Part shown: piece after piece, positions 1 to 6,208 of the stretch
Numbering within the stretch: position 1 is the stretch's first letter
How the letters are laid out: the number at the start of each line of letters is the position of its first letter
Assembly (NCBI GenBank): GCA_964572495.1
Contig: CAZNFF010000001.1
Location: 1 to 35,614, forward strand
Length of the DNA stretch: 35,614 nucleotides
Origin: an uncultured Candidatus Saccharibacteria bacterium
Lineage (GTDB): Bacteria > Patescibacteriota > Minisyncoccia > UBA6257 > JAGGUH01
Direction: 5' to 3'
Made by a program: the position numbers and the translations under genes
Notes under the pieces: generated by a model
The model's database searches: none
What the model saw: only the letters and a program-made list of their open reading frames with translations
What the model was told of the DNA's origin: nothing

Positions 1-163
1 TGCTTAAAATTTGACCAAACTTAACAAAAGTAGGACCCAATTCTTCTAAAGCTAAACGAAGTTTTTTTGGAGGAGTGAGTTTTGGGTTTAAGCCATATTT
101 AAATAAAATCGAAATAACTTTTTGACTTCGTTTGATTTGATTCCAGCTTTTTAAACCAAACAT
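1..163 (-). CDS. ABC1/UbiB-family atypical kinase, N-terminal fragment (the gene continues past the window start)
   Basis: My own minus-strand translation from the ATG (revcomp of cat at 161-163) gives MFGLKSWNQIKRSQKVISILFKYGLNPKLTPPKKLRLALEELGPTFVKFGQILS. LGPTF(I/V)KxGQ(I/L)LS is the hallmark N-terminal motif of UbiB/ABC1/AarF kinases. It is missing from the ORF track because it runs off the edge. Confidence 0.6.
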   Translation of the reverse strand, partial: MFGLKSWNQIKRSQKVISILFKYGLNPKLTPPKKLRLALEELGPTFVKFGQILS

Positions 164-174
164 AAGCTCAAATT

Positions 175-209
175 AAAAAAGGGGCTTTTAACCAAAAGCC
201 CCCTTTTTT
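175..209. terminator. GC-rich hairpin with an A-run on one side and a T-run on the other (bidirectional intrinsic-terminator shape)
   Basis: AAAAAA-GGGGCTTTT-AACC-AAAAGCCCC-C-TTTTTT forms a 9-bp perfect stem (181-189 with 194-202) and a 4-nt loop. T6 follows on the + strand and T6 follows on the - strand. It lies just 3' of the small minus-strand ORF 215-355. Confidence 0.5.
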
Positions 210-214
210 GTCGT

Positions 215-355
215 TTATTTTTCAAAAGGCCAGTTTTTAGAAAAATAAGCCCAAACAAGATAACCTATCGCTGCCACAACCACAACTGCTCCTACAACAA
301 TTCCAATTACTTTAGGGTCAGCCCAGTTAATAGTTGCTAAAAGATTGTTGCCCAT
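215..355 (-). CDS. Small (46 aa) single-pass membrane peptide, hypothetical
   Basis: My own translation gives MGNNLLATINWADPKVIGIVVGAVVVVAAIGYLVWAYFSKNWPFEK. It has one strongly hydrophobic helix and is locally GC-richer than its surroundings. The hairpin at 175-209 follows it. It is below the ORF-track size cutoff. I saw no clear SD and recognise no homology. Confidence 0.35.
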   Translation of the reverse strand: MGNNLLATINWADPKVIGIVVGAVVVVAAIGYLVWAYFSKNWPFEK

Positions 356-384
356 TTTTTTAATTTGAAAAATTCGACCTTTGT

Positions 385-406
385 TTACTTACCGATCGGT
401 AAGTAA
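385..406. promoter_or_regulatory. Perfect 22-bp palindrome (candidate operator or 5' leader hairpin) in the divergent gap upstream of aspS
   Basis: TTACTTACCGA|TCGGTAAGTAA has 11 of 11 positions complementary, centred on CGATCG. It lies 72 nt upstream of the aspS ATG and is followed by TTTT on the + strand. Confidence 0.4.
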
Positions 407-477
407 TTTTGCTAACTATTTTAAACAATGAAAAAGATTTTGTCAAGTAAAATATTTTAAAGGGATTTTTCAGAGAT

Positions 478-1935
478 ATGGATTTTTTGAGAATTTTTGA
501 TAAAATTCATCAAAAGCTTATGGAAAGAAGTTTTGCGGCTCAAATTGGCAAAGAACTTGGAAAAGAGATTCGTCTTTGCGGTTTTATTATTTCAAAAAGA
601 GATCATGGAAGTGTTATTTTTGCTGATCTTAAAGATTTAAGTGGATATTGTCAAATAGTTTTTTTAAAAAACAAGGAATGTTTTTTAAAGGCAAAAGAGC
701 TTAATGAATGGGATGTAGTTGAGGTTAGAGGAAAAGTTAATCTAAGACCAAAAGGAACGGAAAATCCAAAAATTGAAAGTGGCGCCTATGAAGTTGAGGT
801 TAATTTTTTAGAAATTCTTTCAAAGGCAAACCCGCTTCCTTTTTCAGTTGATGATGAAGGTTATCAGATTTCAGAAGAGCTCCGCCTAAAATATCGCTAT
901 CTTGATTTAAGAAGACCTCGACTTCAAAGAAATCTAAAAATCAGACATCAAATTTTTAATTTTATCCGAGAGTTTTTTTCTCAAAGAAATTTTATCGAAA
1001 TCGAAACTCCAATTTTATCAAAATCAACTCCAGAAGGAGCCAGGGATTACCTTGTACCTTCAAGGATTTATCCGGGAAAATTTTTTGCCCTGCCTCAATC
1101 GCCTCAACAATACAAACAGCTTTTGATGGTCGCTGGCTTTGAGAGATATTTTCAAATTGCTCGCTGTTTTCGAGATGAGGATTTAAGAGGAGATCGCCAG
1201 CCAGAATTTACTCAGCTTGACCTTGAAATCAGTTTTACTTCAGAAAAAGAAATTTTTGAGCTGATTAAAGATTTGATGTTATCTTTAATCAAAAAATTTT
1301 TCCCTCAAAAGAAAGCGAAGTTTTACCAGTTAAGCTACCAAGAAGCTCAAAAAAATTATCAAACCGACAAACCTGATTTAAGAGAAAATAAAGAAGATAA
1401 AGATGAATTGGCTTTTTGCTTTCTTAACAATTTCCCAATGTTTGAGTGGGATGAAAGAGAAAAAAGATTTGAAGTACTTCACCATCCTTTTACCTTGCCA
1501 AAATTAGTTAAAGAAGGAAAAATTATTGAAGATAAAAAAGAAATTTTAAAAGCTTTAAAAGAAAAGCCAGAAACTCTTCTTTCCTGGCAATATGATCTGG
1601 TTTTAAATGGAGAAGAAATTGGTGGGGGTTCGATTCGAAGCAACGACCCTGAAATTTTAATTTCTGTTTTTGAAGTTTTAGGTTATCAAAGAAAGGAAAT
1701 TGAAGAAAAATTTTCTCATTTAATTGAAGCTTTCAAATACGGCGTCCCACCTCATGGCGGAATTGCTTTAGGACTTGATCGACTTCTAGCGATTCTTTTA
1801 AATGAGCCAAGCATTCGGGAAGTAATTGCTTTTCCTAAATCAGGAAAAGCGGCTGATTTAATGACTCAAACACCTTCAAAGGTCGAAAAAGATCAACTTA
1901 AAGAACTTCATTTAGAGATCAAAAATGAAAGTTAA
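478..1935 (+). CDS. aspS: Aspartyl-tRNA synthetase, bacterial type, lacking the GAD insertion domain
   Basis: N-terminal OB fold IRLCGFIISKRDHGSVIFADLKD, QSPQQYKQLLM, motif 2 FRDEDLRGDRQPEFTQLDLE, HHPFT, GGGSIR, motif 3 GGIALGLDRL. It is 485 aa. Confidence 0.95.
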   Translation: MDFLRIFDKIHQKLMERSFAAQIGKELGKEIRLCGFIISKRDHGSVIFADLKDLSGYCQIVFLKNKECFLKAKELNEWDVVEVRGKVNLRPKGTENPKIESGAYEVEVNFLEILSKANPLPFSVDDEGYQISEELRLKYRYLDLRRPRLQRNLKIRHQIFNFIREFFSQRNFIEIETPILSKSTPEGARDYLVPSRIYPGKFFALPQSPQQYKQLLMVAGFERYFQIARCFRDEDLRGDRQPEFTQLDLEISFTSEKEIFELIKDLMLSLIKKFFPQKKAKFYQLSYQEAQKNYQTDKPDLRENKEDKDELAFCFLNNFPMFEWDEREKRFEVLHHPFTLPKLVKEGKIIEDKKEILKALKEKPETLLSWQYDLVLNGEEIGGGSIRSNDPEILISVFEVLGYQRKEIEEKFSHLIEAFKYGVPPHGGIALGLDRLLAILLNEPSIREVIAFPKSGKAADLMTQTPSKVEKDQLKELHLEIKNES

Positions 1936-2398
1936 AGAAAGAACTTTAGTTATCATTAAACCCGATGCTCTCCAGCGCAACCTTTTAGGAGAGATTATTC
2001 ACCGCTTTGAAAGAAAAGGATTAAAAATTGTAGGTCTTAAAATGGTTCAGCTGGAGGATGTGATTTTAGATGAACATTATGCTCATCATAAAGATAAACC
2101 TTTTTTTGAAAGTTTAAAAAGATTTATGAAATCTTCACCAGTGGTTTTGCTGGTTCTTGAAGGCTTGGAAGCAGTTAAAGTGGTTCGCCAGATCTGTGGC
2201 GCCACCTGTGGTCGGGAAGCTGATATGGGAACGATTAGAGGAGATTTTTCAATGTCAACTCAAACCAATATTGTCCATGCTTCTGATTCTTTAGAAACTG
2301 CCGAAAAAGAAATTAAAAGGTTTTTTAAAGAAGATGAACTTTTTGACTATCAAAAAATCGATTTTCCCTATCTTTATAGCGAAGATGAAATTGAATAA
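1925..2398 (+). CDS. ndk: Nucleoside diphosphate kinase
   Basis: ERTLVIIKPDALQRNLLGEIIHRFERKGLKIVGLKM, with the catalytic His context NIVHASDS. It overlaps the aspS 3' end by 11 nt. Confidence 0.95.
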   Translation: MKVKERTLVIIKPDALQRNLLGEIIHRFERKGLKIVGLKMVQLEDVILDEHYAHHKDKPFFESLKRFMKSSPVVLLVLEGLEAVKVVRQICGATCGREADMGTIRGDFSMSTQTNIVHASDSLETAEKEIKRFFKEDELFDYQKIDFPYLYSEDEIE

Positions 2399-2412
2399 AA
2401 ATTTTTTTCCAC

Positions 2413-2441
2413 TTGATTTTTTAAAAAATAACCTCTACAAT
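2413..2441 (+). promoter_or_regulatory. Sigma-70-like promoter placed to start transcription at the base of the downstream RNA rod
   Basis: TTGATT (2413-2418), 17-nt spacer, TACAAT (2436-2441). The first base of the long helix (2446) lies 5 nt after the -10 element. Caveat: such hexamers are common in AT-rich DNA. The support comes from the geometry relative to the helix and the terminal U-tract. Confidence 0.4.
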
Positions 2442-2445
2442 TAAA

Positions 2446-2614
2446 ATAGCCCTTCTTTGGAAGGAAAGGAAAGGCCTTGGGGCATTTAGAACCTCTTGGG
2501 AGCCGAAAGCGCCTTTATCCCAGTTCTTAGGAACAGGATAAAGGCTGAGGCACCCACCTTAAAAACTTTGCCAAGGATCACTTTCTTTTTCCTTCCAGGA
2601 AGGGCTATTTTTTT
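2446..2614 (+). ncRNA. Structured rod-like RNA of about 165 nt with a large central bubble; 6S-like candidate, identity unproven
   Basis: 5' arm ATAGCCCTTCTTTGGAAGGAAAGGAAAGG-CCTTGG (2446-2480) pairs with 3' arm CCAAGG-ATCA-CTTTCTTTTTCCTTCCAGGAAGGGCTAT (2571-2608), with a few G-U pairs and bulges. The interior is unpaired (about 2481-2497 versus 2556-2570). Next come GGG/CCC and GCC/GGC helices, then a perfect 10-bp helix GCCTTTATCC/GGATAAAGGC (2511-2520/2536-2545) capped by GTTC-TTAG-GAAC. T6 follows immediately (2609-2614). The region is visibly GC-richer than its flanks. Confidence 0.55.
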
Positions 2615-2958
2615 ATGAGAATCCTTTTCCAGTCCTGATAATCAGCAATACCTTGAAAAATTACTCCTAAAAGGAGCCCTAAAACAAATTGGTTAAGGAT
2701 TAGAGAGACCTGAAAAATAGTACCTAAAATAAGAATAAAAAGGGAATAAAGCCAGTGGTGAAGATGGAGCTGGTAATCTTTTATTTTGATAATCAAAGAC
2801 CTAAAAATTCTTGGTGGCTCACCGGTTCTTTTGCCAGCTAAAAATTTGGCTAAAAAATAACCCCAAAGCATGCCCAAGGAAATTAAAAAATATCCATAAA
2901 GAAGTGCTCCAGCTAAGAAAAGAAAAAGGATTTTTCTTTTTATTTTTTGAAGACTCAT
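2605..2958 (-). CDS. Small polytopic membrane protein, hypothetical
   Basis: 117 aa with 3-4 hydrophobic segments (ILFLFLAGALLYGYFLISLGMLWGYFLAKFLA; LYSLFILILGTIFQVSLIL; FVLGLLLGVIFQGIA) and an HLHHW loop motif. I recognise no family. Its stop codon lies inside the 3' arm of the RNA helix. Confidence 0.6.
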   Translation of the reverse strand: MSLQKIKRKILFLFLAGALLYGYFLISLGMLWGYFLAKFLAGKRTGEPPRIFRSLIIKIKDYQLHLHHWLYSLFILILGTIFQVSLILNQFVLGLLLGVIFQGIADYQDWKRILIKK

Positions 2959-3043
2959 TTTTTTAAAAATTATAAAAAATCAACTCAAAAAGTTCAAATT
3001 GATTCTTTTTTAATTTTAAATAAAATTCAAAGATTTAAAACCC

Positions 3044-6000
3044 ATGAAGTTTGTTCATCTTCATTGCCATTCTCATTACAGCCTTTTAGATGGAATGGCA
3101 AAAATTGATGAGCTTATTGAAAAAGCTAAGGAATTTGAAATGCCAGCTTTAGCCATCACTGATCATGGAGTGATGTATGGTGCGATTGAATTTTATCAAA
3201 AAGCCAAAGAAGCTAACATCAAACCCATTATTGGTTTTGAAGCTTATTTAACTCCTTTAGGAAGACATCAAAAAATAAAAGCTGATGAGAAAAAATATCA
3301 TCTTACTTTACTTGCTAAAAATTTTGAAGGTTATCAGAACCTAGTTAAACTTTGCTCCTTAGCTCACCTTGAAGGTTTTTATTATAAACCAAGAATTGAT
3401 GATGAGCTTTTAAAAAAATATCATCAAGGAATCATTTGTCTTTCAGGTTGTCTTCAAGGAGAAATTCCCCAGCTGATTTTAGCAAAAAAATTTGATTTAG
3501 CTAAAAAGAAAATTCTTTTCTACAAAGAAATTTTTGGAGATGATTTTTATCTTGAAATTATGCCTTTTGGGAAAATAAAAGATCAGATAAAAGTTAATCA
3601 AGCTTTGATTGAAATTTCAAAAGAACTTAAAGTTCCTTTAGTGGCAACTTGCGATGTTCATTATCTCTCTCCTGAAGATGCTCAGGCTCATGAAGTTCTT
3701 TTGGCAATTCAAACCAAAAGCCTTCTTTCTGATAAAAATCGACTTTCAATGAAAGATGATGATTTTTCTTTTAAATCTCCAAAACAGGTAATCGAATTTT
3801 TTAAAGATGTTCCAGAAGCAATTGAAAATACTTTAAAAATTGCTTCTTTATGCAATTTAGAACTTGAGCTTGGAAAGGTTCAGATGCCAAAGATAAAAAT
3901 TGAAGCAGGTTTTGATAGCTTTTCTTATCTCAAAAAATTAGCTCAAGAAGGTTTAAGAAAAAGATATTCCCAAATTAGTCCTCAAATAAGAGATCGATTT
4001 AATTATGAACTTGAAGTCATCAGAAAAACTGGTTTTGCCGATTATTTTCTCATCGTTGCTGACATTGTTAACTGGGCAAAAAAGGAAGGAATTGTGGTTG
4101 GTCCAGGAAGAGGTTCGGCTGCCGGTTCTTTAATTTCTTATTGTCTTGGCATTACTGATGTTGATCCAATCAAATATTCCCTTTTATTTGAAAGATTTTT
4201 AAATCCAGAAAGAGTCTCTATGCCTGATATTGACATTGATTTTGATGATCGAAGAAGAGACGAAGTGATTGAATATACTAAAAGAAAGTTTGGTGAAGAT
4301 CATGTGGCTCGAATTATCACTTTCGGAACCATGGCGGCTCGACCAGCGATTAGAGATGTTGGTCGAGTTTTAGGTGTGCCTTATAATTTCTGTGATCGGC
4401 TTGCCAAAACTATTCCTCAAAATCTTTCAATTGAAGAAGCTTTGAAAGTTTCTCCAGAATTTCATCATTACTACTTGACTGATCGACGCGCTTTTGAGAT
4501 TGTTGAGCTTGCCAAAAAAATAGAAGGAGTGGCTCGGCACGCTTCAGTTCATGCTTGCGGCGTTGCCATTGCTCCTTTTCCTTTGATGGAAAAAATCCCG
4601 CTTCAACGTGCACCTCAAGATCCAGAGACGGTGATTACTCAATACGAAATGAAATCAATTGAAGCTTTAGGAATTTTAAAAATGGACTTTTTGGGTTTAA
4701 GAAACTTAACCATTATTGTTGATACTTTAAAAAATGTTGAAAGGACTGAAAAAAAGAAAATTGAAATTAAAAAAATTCCTCTTAATGATCAAAAAACTTT
4801 TAAGCTTTTATCAGAAGGGAAAACAGTTGGTGTCTTCCAACTTGAAAGCGAAGGAATGCAAAAAACCTTAAAAGGAGTAAAGCCAACTCAATTTGAAGAT
4901 TTAATTGCCATTTTAGCCCTTTATCGTCCTGGTCCGGCTCAGCTTATTCCTTCTTATATTCGAAGAAAGCAGGGCAAAGAAAAGATTGAGTATCTTCACC
5001 CAAAGCTTGAGCCGATTTTAAGATCAACTTATGGAGTTTTAATTTATCAGGAGCAGTTAATGGAAATTGCAAAAGAGTTAGCTGGATTTTCTTTAAGCGA
5101 AGCTGATATTTTAAGAAAAGCAGTTGGAAAAAAGATTAAAGAGCTTTTAGAAGAGCAAAAAGAAAAACTTATCAAAGGAATGATTGAAAGAGGGATTAAA
5201 AAAGAAGTGGCTCAAAAAATCTGGGAATGGATTTTGCCTTTTGCCCGCTATGGTTTCAATAAAAGCCATGCTACTGGTTATGCTTTAATTGCTTACTGGA
5301 CAGCATATCTTAAAGCCCATTTTCCTTATGAGTTTATGGCAGCCGTGCTTAATGCTGAGGGAAGCAATGTTGATAAAATTTCTTTTTTACTTTCCGAATG
5401 CAAGCGAGCTCAAATTAAAGTTTTACCTCCTTCAATTAATGAAAGCTTTGAAGATTTTCGAGTGGTAAAAATTGGCAATGAAAAAGTGATTCGTTTTGGG
5501 CTTTCAGCGATTAAAAATGTTGGAAAGAATCTGGTGGAAGCAATCATTTCAGAAAGAGAAAAAAATGGCAAGTTTAAATCAATTGAAGATTTCCTTCAAA
5601 GAATTGATCATAAAGATTTAAACAAAAAATCACTTGAGGCTTTAATTAAAGCCGGCGTTTTTACCGGAATGGAAGATCGAAGGGTTTTACTTGATAATTT
5701 AGATTATCTTTTGAATTATCTTAAAAACTCAAAAAAATCCGAAAAAGTTTCTCAGCCGGCTCTTTTCTCTTTGGATTTTTCAAAACCAAAATTTGAACTT
5801 AAAAGAAAAAGAGAGGCTAGCCTAGAAGAAAAACTTGCTTGGGAAAAAGAATTTTTAGGAGTTTTTGTTTCCGGTCATCCTTTAGATTTAGTTGAATCAA
5901 AAATTCTTCCCAGATACAAAATTGCTGATCTTTATCCTTTATCAGATTTATCTTCTCCGGTTGAAATTTTGGGTCTGGTTTCAGAAATTAAAAAAGTCAT

Positions 6001-6199
6001 TACTAAAAATGGAACCCAAATGCTTTTTGTTAAAGTTGAAGATCAAACTGGCTCAATTGAGGTAATAGTGTTTCCTGATATTTTAGAAAAAACTTTCCTT
6101 TTATGGCAAAAAAATAAGATTTTGCTAATAAGAGGTGAGTTGACAAAAAAAGAAAGCGAACCTAAAATTATTTGCCAGAGCGTCGAGTCAGTTAAATAA
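3044..6199 (+). CDS. dnaE: DNA polymerase III alpha subunit
   Basis: PHP domain MKFVHLHCHSHYSLLDG, GPGRGSAAGSLISYCLGITDVDP, catalytic MPDIDIDFDD, FNKSHATGYAL, and a C-terminal OB region. It is 1051 aa. Confidence 0.95.
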   Translation: MKFVHLHCHSHYSLLDGMAKIDELIEKAKEFEMPALAITDHGVMYGAIEFYQKAKEANIKPIIGFEAYLTPLGRHQKIKADEKKYHLTLLAKNFEGYQNLVKLCSLAHLEGFYYKPRIDDELLKKYHQGIICLSGCLQGEIPQLILAKKFDLAKKKILFYKEIFGDDFYLEIMPFGKIKDQIKVNQALIEISKELKVPLVATCDVHYLSPEDAQAHEVLLAIQTKSLLSDKNRLSMKDDDFSFKSPKQVIEFFKDVPEAIENTLKIASLCNLELELGKVQMPKIKIEAGFDSFSYLKKLAQEGLRKRYSQISPQIRDRFNYELEVIRKTGFADYFLIVADIVNWAKKEGIVVGPGRGSAAGSLISYCLGITDVDPIKYSLLFERFLNPERVSMPDIDIDFDDRRRDEVIEYTKRKFGEDHVARIITFGTMAARPAIRDVGRVLGVPYNFCDRLAKTIPQNLSIEEALKVSPEFHHYYLTDRRAFEIVELAKKIEGVARHASVHACGVAIAPFPLMEKIPLQRAPQDPETVITQYEMKSIEALGILKMDFLGLRNLTIIVDTLKNVERTEKKKIEIKKIPLNDQKTFKLLSEGKTVGVFQLESEGMQKTLKGVKPTQFEDLIAILALYRPGPAQLIPSYIRRKQGKEKIEYLHPKLEPILRSTYGVLIYQEQLMEIAKELAGFSLSEADILRKAVGKKIKELLEEQKEKLIKGMIERGIKKEVAQKIWEWILPFARYGFNKSHATGYALIAYWTAYLKAHFPYEFMAAVLNAEGSNVDKISFLLSECKRAQIKVLPPSINESFEDFRVVKIGNEKVIRFGLSAIKNVGKNLVEAIISEREKNGKFKSIEDFLQRIDHKDLNKKSLEALIKAGVFTGMEDRRVLLDNLDYLLNYLKNSKKSEKVSQPALFSLDFSKPKFELKRKREASLEEKLAWEKEFLGVFVSGHPLDLVESKILPRYKIADLYPLSDLSSPVEILGLVSEIKKVITKNGTQMLFVKVEDQTGSIEVIVFPDILEKTFLLWQKNKILLIRGELTKKESEPKIICQSVESVK

Positions 6200-6208
6200 A
6201 ATTTTTCT

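Noticed and set aside
355-478. T-box or other riboswitch leaders upstream of the aminoacyl-tRNA synthetase genes.
   Set aside because: The leaders are too short: about 120 nt for aspS, 85 nt for alaS and 9 nt for thrS. I saw no specifier-loop or T-box (AGGGTGGTACCGCG-like) sequence.
2446-2614. SRP (4.5S) RNA, tmRNA, RNase P RNA or tRNA as the identity of the structured RNA.
   Set aside because: The apical loop is TTAG rather than GNRA, and I find no GGAAGCAGCC-like helix 8 motif. The element is far too short for tmRNA or RNase P RNA and has no cloverleaf. A rod with a central bubble fits 6S better, but that identity remains unproven.
2999-3026. Promoter-like hexamer pairs upstream of dnaE (TTGATT-16-TAAAAT), rpsO (TTGATT 12376-12381, 16-nt spacer, TATACT 12398-12403) and alaS (about 10578-10616).
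   Set aside because: TTGAxx and TAxxxT hexamers are abundant by chance in DNA this AT-rich. These candidates also sit only about 8-17 nt from the start codons. I cannot distinguish real promoters, possibly with very short leaders, from background without transcript data.
4410-4613. A 67-aa minus-strand ORF inside dnaE. Similar antisense or off-frame ORFs occur at 6387-6677, 7875-8060, 10788-11490 (four ORFs), 13005-13546, 15173-15385, 15868-16083, 16735-17147, 20332-20625, 25377-25631, 27370-27582, 31692-32591, 33162-33374 and 34178-34363.
   Set aside because: All lie entirely within, and antisense or out of frame to, strongly supported conserved genes. Their translations are low-complexity F/L/S/K-rich strings, as expected when purine-rich (GAA/AAA/AAG) coding strands are read in reverse. 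I recognise no motifs in them.
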